This document shows, piece by piece, positions 38,001 to 48,236 of a DNA stretch of 64,000 bases (positions are counted from its first letter, which is position 1; every line of letters begins with the position of its first letter). A program made the position numbers and the translations under genes. Origin of the DNA: a virus; IMG/VR virus record IMGVR_UViG_3300029787_000018, positions 1 to 64,000 of that record; one strand, written 5' to 3'. A model generated the notes under the pieces. That model was given only the letters and a program-made list of their open reading frames with translations. It was not told where the DNA came from and searched no databases.

Positions 38001-41000
38001 GGCTTTCATCAAAGAAACTACTGTTCATAGAAATATAAGGCTTGTTTCCATCGAACTTCATATTAAGCCCTTGCGTAAGCAATAGATTGTTTTCAAGATT
38101 GCCTTCCATCTTAAGCCCGGCTATATATTCCGATAAATCTGCAAATACGCTGTTTTCATTTTTAGGATCAACTATTTCGGCCAACTCTTCTTTGGACATA
38201 TTGTTATATCCCGAAATATTGGAATGTAGGAACTTTGAAATACTTCTGGTATACTTCTTAATCTGGTTGTCGTTCAACAGTTCCATGCCTTGCTTAACGG
38301 CCAAGCCTTGTAGCAACTTGGTAATAGCGGGTCTATAAACCAAATCTATTTGTTTGGTATGTTCCAATGTAGCTTCTGCAGTATTCAAATACCTTTTTAA
38401 ATCTGGATTACTAGCCATTTCTGCAGGTATGTTCATCGTAGAATCCTCATTGTTCATAATACGCTTGAACTCTCCTATCTGCTTTTCCAACAAATATGGG
38501 TTGGTTTCAATACCGTTATGACCAGCCATAATCTTACTGACCTTTTGAATGTCGGCATTGACTTCATCCATTTTCATTATTAGGTTAATAATGTTGGACT
38601 GGTTTTTCTGGCTATAGAACTCTTTGTTATTGGTATTGGTAACTACGCCACCTGTAGAATTGGAATCATATTTTACGGTACCGTTATTACCATTGGAAAC
38701 AGACCTTTTAGCTAATTCTGTCAACATTTGCTTTCTAGGGGTGTAACCGTGGAACGCAGAATTGTTTTCGTTCATTATCGAAACATATTCTTTTACCATT
38801 GGAGCGTTCATCATAACGGCTACATCTTCAATAGGAATGTTGAGGTTGACCATTAAGGTAAAAGCCGATACCGTATGTTCGTTTATATTCAATGCATCCG
38901 CTGCATTTTCGTTAAGGTTGTCCAGAATAAGGTTGGCTACCAATGCAGATTTATGGTTACGGCTTTGATCACCTTCTCCCATATCCTCGAATATCTGGTA
39001 ATTGGTATTGTTTACCATTATACCTTCTTTCATATTGGCTCTGTACGCGGCAAGCGTATTGGCAATTCTATGCAAGTTGAAAACGGTACCGATATTCCTT
39101 TTGGCGATCATGGAATCCTCATAGGACTTTCTTCTGTACGATGGAGAAAATGCCAATGGCTGTTCTTTTACATAGTTAGGGAACTGCTCTTTGATATGTT
39201 CCTTTAACTTTTTACCTTCTCCGGAAGTGTCCATTGCCGTTTGAATGAACGGTGCCATTTTTTCACTAAGCCATAGCTTTTCCATACGGTCTATGACTTC
39301 GTTCATTTTTTTGTTTTTTCCTTTATGTTGGATGAACAAGGCATCACCATCTAAATCCGCACCTATTGTCTTACTGAAAGAAGTAGGTACCTGTACTTGG
39401 TTTCCTTTACCAACGGCAAACTCAACAGCTTCGAATATACCTGTAAAGTTTGGTCCGTTTGAAGGAACACGAGTGGCTATTACCGTTTCCCCAGGAACAT
39501 AATAACCGATTACCTTACCGTCTTTAAGAACGGTCTGTGTTTCAAGTTTTGGCGTTGTTTTATCCCTATTTTTATTAAGGTGTGCTACAAACTTGTCCGC
39601 AGCTTCTTTTAAACGCATAAGGTCGTTTTCTTGCGGTGTTTTGGTCTTGTCAAGATAACCGTTCGTATCAGTGGCTTTGATAGCCATTTCGCCTAATTTA
39701 CTATCAGGTGTATAGTATTTTCTGGCTCTTACCTTTCCATTTAAATGTTGGGGCAATACAATCTCCGCCCTATTAAGTCCTGTAGAAGCTTGCGTATAAC
39801 CGTTAAGCTCATTACTTCCTTTTATTTCTCCATCAACAGGCAATTCCCATCCATAACTAGACTTCTGGTGCGCATACGTACCAGCTATTCTTAACTTGTT
39901 ACCTTTTGACTTTAAAGTGTTCGCTAATTGATTGGAAACGATCTCTATTGCTCTAGGGTGTAGTATACCATATTTTTCGATAACGAACCTTTGGACTTGA
40001 TCCATGTCCTCTTTGTTCATTTCCTTGGTAACTATTTTATTATATGTAGCAACATCTTTCTTTTTAAGTTCATTGGTAACCTCGTTAAGGTTTTCGGACA
40101 TCATATCCGATATCAGTTCTTGTATCGCTTCGGCTTCTTCAAGATGCCCAAGATTTAAAGAATGAACTAATAGCGAGTTCATTTGCTGTACAGGTAACGT
40201 TACTTCATCGGTAACTTTATCCATTACTTGTTGTGGTCCAAAGTTGTAACCACTGATACCCATAAAACCACCTTTGGAATCATACATGATGTTGTCTTGG
40301 AACTCACCCGCTTTGGTAACTCCCTCTTCGTTCATAAGCTCGTTTAAGTATGGTGCATTCTCCATACCCTTGCCTTTTTGAATTCCCGTTTTCTCAGAAG
40401 AAAAAGGAATTGCTATCGGAAAGTAGTTCTCTAGACCATCGGTAAAGTTATCACTAGGCATTGCACCATTGTTCTTTTTAGCGTATGCATCGAACATTTT
40501 AGCACGTCTGGCTTTCATATGTTCGTATAATCCTTTGAACTTGTAGTTCTGATCAACAAAATCTTGGTCGATTATAGTAGTATATCCTTTAAGCAATACG
40601 GTGTTACCTCTAAAGTTCGGGTTGTCTTTTTCTACAGAGTAGTTAAGGAACTTGAAACCTTCATTCAAATCAAATACACCTTTACCAACATTAGCCCAGC
40701 GCTCAGCATCTTCTCTAAGTATGAACATACCACCATCGGTAGAAGCTTCATTATCTTTAGGGTCTTTAAAGAATATAGGCTCAAACTTTAAGTTCTTGTT
40801 TACGGATATAACAGGACTACCGGCATTCTTTAAACGCTTGGCAATACTTGATATCTTAATGTTAGGAGATACTACCTCAGCCATGAACAGACCGTTCATA
40901 ATTTGATTGTATACATATCCTTTTACAATTTTTTCTCCTTTAGGATTAAGCTTTCCGTTTTTATCGAACATAGATTTTAAAGAATCTATCTTCATAAGTT

Positions 41001-44000
41001 CCTTGCCGTTTTTATTAAAGAAATCAACTTCTTTTTCTCCTTCTTTAATCAACGATAAGTTAAACTGACGTTTACTTATATTTTCCTCAGATATATTTCT
41101 GTAAATATTATAAGCCGCAGTAGTAGTATCGTTGGACATATCAAGCCTTTTAGTAGGCATGTAATACTTTCTAGGACTATCACCGAAAACACCGACGTTC
41201 GCCAAATATGTTTTTTTGTTAAGTCCGGAAGCGTACATCATAAAGTCCTCAAAGGACTGTTCGTATGAAGTACTGTCCTCAAATGCATTGGCATTGTTGC
41301 TTACGCTATCATCGATACCGGTATAGTAAACAAGGTCTGGTTTGTTTCCAGCTACTACACTATCATAGAAATTGTCCAAAAATTGATTAGGAACGGGTTT
41401 GCTGTACGCTTTTGAACGAGTGATATGAGAATACCTTTTTATAAAATCGGCTTTAGGAATCACGTCACCGTCCTTATTAGGGCGTAATGAATCGTACATC
41501 TGGTCAAGCTCTTTGGTCATGTGGTTGTTCATCATACGAACAGGAACCATATTTCCTTTGGCATTCTCTACAACACTATCTTGGGTAAACTCCCTATTAG
41601 TAGCCATAATAGCATTGGCAATAGGTCTAAAGTTATAAGGGTACATATACCTGTTACCGTTCTTGGCGGGTTTACCTAAATGCTTGTCGTTATCGATAAA
41701 GCTTTTAAGAACTGTTACAGGGCTATAGTAAGTACCTTTTACGTTGATAAAACCATTTTCCAATATATCCATCATTTTTACGTCAGGAGGTGCCATAAAT
41801 CGATATGCCTTTACGTAATCTTCATTAGTAGCAGTATCGTCTTTTATTCTAGCTACGATACCCTCGAACTCCGACCATTGATCACCTAATAAATGACCGC
41901 TCTTTTTAAGCATGTAATCTCTGGCTTTAGCCATATTGTCCATCATGTCTTGTGCTTGGCTCTGCTCTCTTTTAGATAAAGATTCTTCAATAGAGTGGTT
42001 TATTTTGCCATCGTTCTCCGACATAACGGACTTAACGGCATTTACCATTCTATAGTTGGAGAACAGCGTCCATGTAGAATTCAAAAGAACGGTTTTGGCT
42101 TCCGGTGCACGTAGTTCCAAAAATTTGTTGAATGCTTGGATATCCGCATGAGGACTGTTTTCAAGTGCGTCTATAAAATCAACGGAGTTGTTTGTATTGG
42201 CAGCCAATTGGAACATCTTGTACCTAAACTCTTTCTTATCGAATAAAGGACCTTGCTTGCCCCATATGCTTTTTCTAAGCCTAATGGCACGATTGTACTC
42301 TTTTACAAAGTTGTTGATTATTTTGGTAGCCTTAGCTGTTCTGGTCATAAAGCTTTTTTCCGCTATACTGATAACGTTATCGGCATCCTCTTGGTTGTCC
42401 GCAACCTCATCTAGTATCTGGTCTAAAGCATCCTCTTTTCTAGTGAACAAGTTCTTGTTCTCTTCCGGGTCAAAATTGGCAACTTCTTCTTCAAGCCTGC
42501 TCTTGACCTTTACCCTACGTTGCATGATGTTTGCATCGTAAGCTGTGGAGCGAGATTCAAAACCTATTTCGGTAGCTTCTATTCTAGGTACTTCTTTAAG
42601 GAACTCCATAACGATGTAATCCCTCATATTATCAATTGAAAGATCTTGGCCGTCGTTAAGCTTTTGAATAAGCTCTTGGCTTTCCTGTAAGTAAGTAGGT
42701 TCAGATTTAGCCTTGGTATCTATCATCTTCCACCACTTACGGGTAGTATTGGTTCTTTTAGCTTCTGTACTAAGACCAAAGAAATTATTGTACTTTTTAG
42801 AAAGAGGACCTTGCATAGTAGCTACAAAGGCTTCTTCCAGAATGTATTTCTGCTCGGCCAAAGGTAAAATAGATGCTCCGTACTCAACTAGGTCTTCCTC
42901 GGTAGGTTTACCTGAGAACGTTCCTACTTCTTTACTTTCACCAACACCAAAATTATATAGAACATAATCTGGATATCTTTCAGCTATTTCATTTACAAGC
43001 TTTTTGTTTGCCATGACCTGTTCCAGGACCGCTTTGGTTTCTGGTCTGTCCTTTGCGAATCTGTAGAAGATGTGTGTCATTTCGTGCATGAACACTTCGC
43101 CTTGGTTCCATTCATCGCTACGAACGAATACTGCTGCAGAAACAGCAAGTCCGGTACCTCGTATACCCAACGCTTTTACAAGGTCGTCAAGTATGTATGC
43201 ATTTACCCTACTATCAGCTTTAGGGAACATAAAGTTCAAACGCTGATTAATGGCAACCATTTTATCAAGGTCGCTAGGACTGTTACGTATACGTCCTATA
43301 ATAGGAGCTTCGGCTCTGTTCTCTTCAAGAGGTTCGTTGTTCTCCTCAAAGGTTACGAACTCGTCGGCTTCATTTTGTTCAGATAACTCTGAATTTGATT
43401 CAGCTAATTCATCGCCTCTTGATTCCATAAAAGGACCAACTCCTTTTTTATAAGCATCTATAGCACTACTAAGTTTCTTTTTGATCTTAGTAGCCTGGCT
43501 TTTGATTTGCTTCTTTGTTTTGTTAACCTGCTTTGGCTCGGCTTGCTTGTTAACAAAGTTCTGGAACTGCTTGGATTTATCCTTGGCGGTTTCTTTTACC
43601 TTGTCAAAAGTATCGTTGAATTTGTCTACTATTTCCTGCTCTTTGGGAGTCAACGATTTTTGACCTTTTATTTTAGCTACGATATCATCGTACGTCTTTT
43701 TTGCTAAACCTTTAGGTAATGCTTTATTAGCTTTAGCCTTAGCTTTTTCTGCTAGTTCTGAAATACGTTTCTTAACCTCTTTGGCACGTTGCTCTCTTTT
43801 AGAAGCATCTTCCTTAGATTCTTTTTTCTTGGGCTTACTAAGTGTTTCGGACTCTTCTTCCAAATCACTAAGCTCATTTAATTCATCCTCTGTAATATCA
43901 TCTGAAACCTCACCCGTTACATCATCTGATTCTACACTATCGTTTTCCCCATTTTCTTCTCCCTGAACGTCTCCGGCAGTAGCACCATCGATTTCATTAT

Positions 44001-46284
44001 CGCCATCTGTTCCTTGTCCAGTAGGTGACGTAGGTGGTACACCTTCGCCATCTTCTCGTTGGGATTCAGTTTCTTCGGTGGTTGCAACTTCCTCGGTGGT
44101 TTCTGATTCTTCTGATACATCATCTTTGTTTTTATTAAATAGATTGTCGAAAAGGCTTTTAGCTTTATTTCCTAGTTCCGATATTTTGCCAATGGCTTTC
44201 TTGCCTATATTGGCACCGTCGTACTCCGCATTATCTTTAAGGACTTCTGCTTGGTTGTTCTTTTTAAGAATATCCTCGTTCGATTTTTGTACAAAGTATT
44301 TGTAGTCGGCTTTGGCAAGTCCCGTAGCTATAATATCCTGACCTCTTTCGTTTTTAACCTGTATAGGTTCTACAACGTTCTCAACAGCCTTACCTAGAAT
44401 AAGGTTGGCTTTGTTCGCTTGCGCTTGGGCTATACCATAAGTAAGACCCTGAATCGTTTTATCTGTTTCAGCAGTACGCTCATTGATTTCCGATTCTATT
44501 TGTTGTTCTGTAAGATTACTATTTACTAATATTTCAATAACATTTTCAAGTTTTGATTTTTCTACCTCAACCTGTTCTTGAAAGAACATTTCGGCACTAT
44601 GGTTCAAGAACAACGCATGCTTACCTCTAATGTTAAGCTGTTCGGCTTGGTTATCGAGTACCATGTAATCATCGATATCTTCTTGCATTTTTTGAGCTTC
44701 TTCCTCAGTAATAATACCTTCTTTGATAAGGTTCTGTGAATAGCTCTCGAACATTTCCGTTTTGTCCTGTAGCACCATATCCGATATGGTTTCACGCATA
44801 TGGAACTTCTGCATTTCATTGCCTTTTTCATCGGCACTATCAAAAATAGTTTTAAGGTTCTCCGTTCGGTTGTATAATTGTCTTGAACGCTCGGCATCCT
44901 TATTGATGCCCGATACTATACCAGATACACCGCCACCAAGGGCACCTAATGCAAATGCAATGGTTTTCGTTCCTTCGTTCTCTTCACTGTTATAGAACTC
45001 CATGAAACTACCGTATTCTGGTTCTGTACCCATTACGTCGCTTTCAGCCATCATAGCCGCCCAGCTTTCATAAGTCTCTTGGAAAGTTTCTTCGTAACCT
45101 TCCTGTAAAGCTTTACCCGATGCACTTACCAATTTTCTTAAAGTAGGTGAAGTCTTTGCCGTAAAAGCCTTGGATATATTTTTAAAATTCTTGCTTGAAT
45201 CAAAAGCCTGTTTACCTTTCTTGATAAGATTGGACTGCTTTAATATCTTTCCGGCATTACCGTAGGTCATACCCCATGAAAGAATATCAACAGCCATATA
45301 CTTTAGGTTGTTACTAAATGTTTTCGCTGCAATATCGGATAGTTCATCATTGGTAAACAAAGGGTTTCCGTTTTCGTCGGTAAGTTCTTTTCTTGAATTG
45401 TATGCTTCTGCAGAATTCAATAGACCGGAGATAACGTTACTTGCCATACCACCTGCAATATTCTCAACAGCGGCTCCTGCAGTATTGGTAAGTTTCCCTA
45501 AATCGGTAACAGCTTTTCCTATACCTTTTCCCGTACCAGCAACTTCCATTACTTCGTCAGCTCCACTAGCAAGTTTCTTGGAACCGTTTTTAAGTGTTCC
45601 CTTGGCATTTTTGATAAGACCTTTTTTAAGGGCTTTTCCAGCTAATGCATTACTACCTCTTTTTGCCAATGCTCCCGCACCTTTAGAAAGGAATATAAAC
45701 TCTGCTAATTGTGGAATATACTCGGCACCATGTTTAGACCAGAATTGAGGGTCGGCCAAGGTTTTGATAGAGAACTCGGGGTTTTTAAGTTCCTCTGGCA
45801 TGTACACTTGGTTGTTCTCTGAAATGCCTTCTCCTTTTTCCTGTAGGAATCTTGAAATTACGTTACCGTCGAACATATCTATACCCGGAACGGCAGAACC
45901 TACTACTTGTGCTACGTCGCCAAATCCACCGATAACGTGATCACCTATACCACGCATAAAGGAAACTCCCGCTTCGGTAACCCAATCCCTACCACTTACA
46001 TCGGCACCAACGGAATTTTCTCCCGCTTCTGGTTCGTACTGTTGCTTTGCACCTAACGGGTCGTTCTTGGATTGAACGGCACTACCTATAGACGCTTGTC
46101 TTTCTTGGGCGTTTGGAAATACGGCTTTCGGCTGTTCAGGTTCTTTAGCAGTTGGTTGTTTCGGATCGGTATTCTCTTGACCTTTCTCGGTTTGGTAATC
46201 AGGGTTGTTCTCTTCCGCTTGGGTACCCTCTTCTTCAACTCCTTGCTTTTGTAAGGAGCTGATGTAATTTTTAAAATTTGGCAT
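35014..46284 (-). CDS. Giant virion-packaged RNA polymerase polyprotein (crAss-like), with zincin-like HExxH motif
   Basis: 3756 aa; IATRVPSNG and GADLDGDALF (DxDGD two-barrel RNAP catalytic loop, about 39340); HEMTH (about 43080); cargo-like N-terminus; position after the muzzle and ejection genes. Confidence 0.85.
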   Translation of the reverse strand: MPNFKNYISSLQKQGVEEEGTQAEENNPDYQTEKGQENTDPKQPTAKEPEQPKAVFPNAQERQASIGSAVQSKNDPLGAKQQYEPEAGENSVGADVSGRDWVTEAGVSFMRGIGDHVIGGFGDVAQVVGSAVPGIDMFDGNVISRFLQEKGEGISENNQVYMPEELKNPEFSIKTLADPQFWSKHGAEYIPQLAEFIFLSKGAGALAKRGSNALAGKALKKGLIKNAKGTLKNGSKKLASGADEVMEVAGTGKGIGKAVTDLGKLTNTAGAAVENIAGGMASNVISGLLNSAEAYNSRKELTDENGNPLFTNDELSDIAAKTFSNNLKYMAVDILSWGMTYGNAGKILKQSNLIKKGKQAFDSSKNFKNISKAFTAKTSPTLRKLVSASGKALQEGYEETFQETYESWAAMMAESDVMGTEPEYGSFMEFYNSEENEGTKTIAFALGALGGGVSGIVSGINKDAERSRQLYNRTENLKTIFDSADEKGNEMQKFHMRETISDMVLQDKTEMFESYSQNLIKEGIITEEEAQKMQEDIDDYMVLDNQAEQLNIRGKHALFLNHSAEMFFQEQVEVEKSKLENVIEILVNSNLTEQQIESEINERTAETDKTIQGLTYGIAQAQANKANLILGKAVENVVEPIQVKNERGQDIIATGLAKADYKYFVQKSNEDILKKNNQAEVLKDNAEYDGANIGKKAIGKISELGNKAKSLFDNLFNKNKDDVSEESETTEEVATTEETESQREDGEGVPPTSPTGQGTDGDNEIDGATAGDVQGEENGENDSVESDDVTGEVSDDITEDELNELSDLEEESETLSKPKKKESKEDASKREQRAKEVKKRISELAEKAKAKANKALPKGLAKKTYDDIVAKIKGQKSLTPKEQEIVDKFNDTFDKVKETAKDKSKQFQNFVNKQAEPKQVNKTKKQIKSQATKIKKKLSSAIDAYKKGVGPFMESRGDELAESNSELSEQNEADEFVTFEENNEPLEENRAEAPIIGRIRNSPSDLDKMVAINQRLNFMFPKADSRVNAYILDDLVKALGIRGTGLAVSAAVFVRSDEWNQGEVFMHEMTHIFYRFAKDRPETKAVLEQVMANKKLVNEIAERYPDYVLYNFGVGESKEVGTFSGKPTEEDLVEYGASILPLAEQKYILEEAFVATMQGPLSKKYNNFFGLSTEAKRTNTTRKWWKMIDTKAKSEPTYLQESQELIQKLNDGQDLSIDNMRDYIVMEFLKEVPRIEATEIGFESRSTAYDANIMQRRVKVKSRLEEEVANFDPEENKNLFTRKEDALDQILDEVADNQEDADNVISIAEKSFMTRTAKATKIINNFVKEYNRAIRLRKSIWGKQGPLFDKKEFRYKMFQLAANTNNSVDFIDALENSPHADIQAFNKFLELRAPEAKTVLLNSTWTLFSNYRMVNAVKSVMSENDGKINHSIEESLSKREQSQAQDMMDNMAKARDYMLKKSGHLLGDQWSEFEGIVARIKDDTATNEDYVKAYRFMAPPDVKMMDILENGFINVKGTYYSPVTVLKSFIDNDKHLGKPAKNGNRYMYPYNFRPIANAIMATNREFTQDSVVENAKGNMVPVRMMNNHMTKELDQMYDSLRPNKDGDVIPKADFIKRYSHITRSKAYSKPVPNQFLDNFYDSVVAGNKPDLVYYTGIDDSVSNNANAFEDSTSYEQSFEDFMMYASGLNKKTYLANVGVFGDSPRKYYMPTKRLDMSNDTTTAAYNIYRNISEENISKRQFNLSLIKEGEKEVDFFNKNGKELMKIDSLKSMFDKNGKLNPKGEKIVKGYVYNQIMNGLFMAEVVSPNIKISSIAKRLKNAGSPVISVNKNLKFEPIFFKDPKDNEASTDGGMFILREDAERWANVGKGVFDLNEGFKFLNYSVEKDNPNFRGNTVLLKGYTTIIDQDFVDQNYKFKGLYEHMKARRAKMFDAYAKKNNGAMPSDNFTDGLENYFPIAIPFSSEKTGIQKGKGMENAPYLNELMNEEGVTKAGEFQDNIMYDSKGGFMGISGYNFGPQQVMDKVTDEVTLPVQQMNSLLVHSLNLGHLEEAEAIQELISDMMSENLNEVTNELKKKDVATYNKIVTKEMNKEDMDQVQRFVIEKYGILHPRAIEIVSNQLANTLKSKGNKLRIAGTYAHQKSSYGWELPVDGEIKGSNELNGYTQASTGLNRAEIVLPQHLNGKVRARKYYTPDSKLGEMAIKATDTNGYLDKTKTPQENDLMRLKEAADKFVAHLNKNRDKTTPKLETQTVLKDGKVIGYYVPGETVIATRVPSNGPNFTGIFEAVEFAVGKGNQVQVPTSFSKTIGADLDGDALFIQHKGKNKKMNEVIDRMEKLWLSEKMAPFIQTAMDTSGEGKKLKEHIKEQFPNYVKEQPLAFSPSYRRKSYEDSMIAKRNIGTVFNLHRIANTLAAYRANMKEGIMVNNTNYQIFEDMGEGDQSRNHKSALVANLILDNLNENAADALNINEHTVSAFTLMVNLNIPIEDVAVMMNAPMVKEYVSIMNENNSAFHGYTPRKQMLTELAKRSVSNGNNGTVKYDSNSTGGVVTNTNNKEFYSQKNQSNIINLIMKMDEVNADIQKVSKIMAGHNGIETNPYLLEKQIGEFKRIMNNEDSTMNIPAEMASNPDLKRYLNTAEATLEHTKQIDLVYRPAITKLLQGLAVKQGMELLNDNQIKKYTRSISKFLHSNISGYNNMSKEELAEIVDPKNENSVFADLSEYIAGLKMEGNLENNLLLTQGLNMKFDGNKPYISMNSSFFDESLTTQEVRRMNKEFSELPADLQYKLVYYDLTKNGWGSPLSMLPITDSFTNKMLVENLNQDFKEKNDKTYTRPELRELEEILMLKDINGVRNNIPFFDIKGLSPEKAMIEMQKNPQFRAALENNTQFYFKSRDAKGNMNLYKFIGNKSEVFNKPISNTLNRLNHLAKNATKMIKKVPRRTNNQLDIDLVTITSSSNNPVPRVKKKAEPIGMEAREEFWDYKSQDFMDKQTFNDAMEFNKFQTEESKNQAYQEYVKEKKRANEIYNKSFRGKDFNQFSPEKLMELYRTYGSKNAYAYANITTPIVKALAAKISAQQTKLTGRTKTNEDLGPVQTWLMANNIPSNHPEIQGMVRNMTAMEKQFQNEKKKYVTRINETTNALYKEKFGFMFDSGNPIDILKRFYYSYIHNRKDLYNILYGNLVEENEIVSEGKVIKEFKLKSNEEINKLKEQGRLSEAEYNFYKTFTDITGELAPSSTSDGKRVRRGYIPHTSMGTFESFSNRGLLGLLQSTKNSDDALNEVMLYIDNPDTGKKELVSFKDIDNIYSAMSASTKNNAKQIKDYILLKNKAKKLLKSGKNEDGSDIEVSDFEMDSALSFGIMNRFANTRSNKATEMPSMDLNHALNSYVHSTLFVNGNENFAGFKSMQAVVDGVLALNQDKGLKNAGKYVKMNWKDYYLKGKRQNLLGEKGDKVVDLLTKMNLFWQLGFNASYFMGNVASGKYHNIKNGSVKEWAKGESRFWGMDTSTTNPFDIVKRMKRTQKILKTLNFMDINVYDNVSMSSKGRLDNFLGDLALMPMTWSEKWIQGVQMAGMLTEAEWNKFDENGEYKPMEEPIDQQRLIMLENEVKKSQGKGYQATDQRLIQQYSLGRMMLQFSRFLPTVVNDRFAKQDIDIYGNEHIGSLRMLFKTVSEVQSMNPKDYIEYRKKLQKESPELAKRLDSGLKGLAMSGLIGGFALSTDNRFAESAYWDANYYMDLDKIEYKLIPSAVRTTKSMVESIF

Positions 46285-46286
46285 AA

Positions 46287-48236
46287 TTACTCTTTGTTAA
46301 TTTGCAAATATCTATTGTAAGTACTTTTCCATAAATCTCCGGTTTCCTTATTGTCGGCAATGTCTTGCTCACTAGCACCTTGATTCATTTCGCTTACTAA
46401 GATATCAATAAGTTCTTCATCCGAAGTATCGTGTCCAAAAGTTCTCATAAGTTTTGCCGTTTGTGGTACGGTTTCCATAAACTTGTGGAACTCTTGACTA
46501 TTTGGTTTAGCACCCGTAATAGCGTAAAAAGACTTCATTATACTAGACCTGTTAACGCTAGGTTCATCAGGCTTGGAATACATCTGTGCTTCGTTTAAAA
46601 AGTTCGGATCGTTTTCCACTTGTGAATCTATCGTCAACAATACATTATCGAAGTTCTGTTCCGCTTGTGCCGTTGATGCTTCCGCTTGCTGAAATTCGCT
46701 ATCAAGTCTTTGTGAAGCTTCATTCTGCTTTTTAAGGTCGTCGGCACTACCCAACAATACGGAAAGTCCTCTACGTGCCGCGCTGTCCTCTACATTCACA
46801 CGCTTATAGTATATTCTTTCGTTATCACTGTTTTTAAGAGCAAGGAAATAACTCATTTTAACCTCTGAACCGTCAAGGGCTTCAACATGGTCTTTTTGCT
46901 CTTTGGCTTTAATCTCCCCATCATCGTCCATGATATTCATAACGATTTGGTTGTTGCCGTTTTTATCTTTTGCCAATAATCCGGTGATAACACCTAAGTT
47001 TTCATATTCGGTGTCGTACTCGCCTTTTTCAAACTTGTTCCTGCCCGTCATTTCTATACCTTGGCTACTATATATTTCATCTATATCGGCAGGGTCGAAT
47101 CTATACTGACCTCTTTCGTTAGGTTCTCGGTTCAAGAAATATTCTGCCCACGTGTCCTTATGTGGTCCAGCTACTTCTTTAGCTTCTGCAGGTTTCCATC
47201 TGTCTCCCCAAAGTCTGCTAATGTTCCTTGAAGTCCTATCGTCGGTATGGATTTTAAAACCGTCTTTCTTTTCGGTTACGGAATATGAATCATGCTTCCA
47301 ATCGCTTTGTACGTTGTCCGAAACAAAAGTATCTCCGGATTTCTGTAGCTTGTCCATAATCTTTTTAGGTTGGAAAGAACCTGTTTTGGTTTCAAACAGA
47401 TCGTTTACCGTAGTTCCTTTTTTGATTACATGGCTCTGCATAGCCAAAAGATTGGTCGTATGTAATTGTGGCCTGGTATCTGGTTTTACCTTAACATCTT
47501 TTGTTGCTTGCAATGCTTTTTCTTGTGCAAGCTTTTGTTTTAATCTTAATGTTTCACGGTTACTTCCTTTTTTACCGTAACCCATTAAAGACATAAAGCC
47601 TAACAACTTTTCAGTAGTAGGCTGTTGGTCTTCTGGAAAGTTGGTCATATAGTTACCAAGGACTTTCATGTAATTGTCTTCGTTAAACAAAATATCGGTC
47701 ATAGGAATATCTTTCCCTAGATCGTAATTATTGTCGTTGGGCATTTCTATTTCGGACATTAAACCAGAATAGGTAATATTGCCTTCTCCTGTTTGTTCGT
47801 AATGTTCCAATGCTTTCTTATCCCTCATAGAAATACGATGTCCAAAACCTTTCTCCATAGCATCTTTAATCTTTACGGAGTTTTCCTTATTGGTAATATA
47901 AGTCTGGAACTCTGGTGTACTCTTAATATCCTCTGTAAAGTTTTCCATAATGGAACGACCACCATTTTTAAGAAACTCGGCTCTATTGCCACCGTACATA
48001 GCAACCTTGTTTCTTATACTGTTGTGCATCTTACTGACCATCTTATCAAAGCGCTCTCTGTCCGGACCAAGCATTTTATCAGCTTCAGCGTTCAACCGCT
48101 CGTAATAGGCGGCTTCTTGCGCAGAAGCTTGTTCTTTTCTAGCGTTCTCTTGATCAACAAAAGTATTTAACGCTAAATGAGATTGTAAGTTTGATTGCGC
48201 TCCGTTAGAACGTTGCATTGATTGTCTTGGATCCAT
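46287..48236 (-). CDS. Virion ejection/cargo protein
   Basis: 649-aa helical protein in the cargo gene cluster. Confidence 0.6.
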   Translation of the reverse strand: MDPRQSMQRSNGAQSNLQSHLALNTFVDQENARKEQASAQEAAYYERLNAEADKMLGPDRERFDKMVSKMHNSIRNKVAMYGGNRAEFLKNGGRSIMENFTEDIKSTPEFQTYITNKENSVKIKDAMEKGFGHRISMRDKKALEHYEQTGEGNITYSGLMSEIEMPNDNNYDLGKDIPMTDILFNEDNYMKVLGNYMTNFPEDQQPTTEKLLGFMSLMGYGKKGSNRETLRLKQKLAQEKALQATKDVKVKPDTRPQLHTTNLLAMQSHVIKKGTTVNDLFETKTGSFQPKKIMDKLQKSGDTFVSDNVQSDWKHDSYSVTEKKDGFKIHTDDRTSRNISRLWGDRWKPAEAKEVAGPHKDTWAEYFLNREPNERGQYRFDPADIDEIYSSQGIEMTGRNKFEKGEYDTEYENLGVITGLLAKDKNGNNQIVMNIMDDDGEIKAKEQKDHVEALDGSEVKMSYFLALKNSDNERIYYKRVNVEDSAARRGLSVLLGSADDLKKQNEASQRLDSEFQQAEASTAQAEQNFDNVLLTIDSQVENDPNFLNEAQMYSKPDEPSVNRSSIMKSFYAITGAKPNSQEFHKFMETVPQTAKLMRTFGHDTSDEELIDILVSEMNQGASEQDIADNKETGDLWKSTYNRYLQINKE

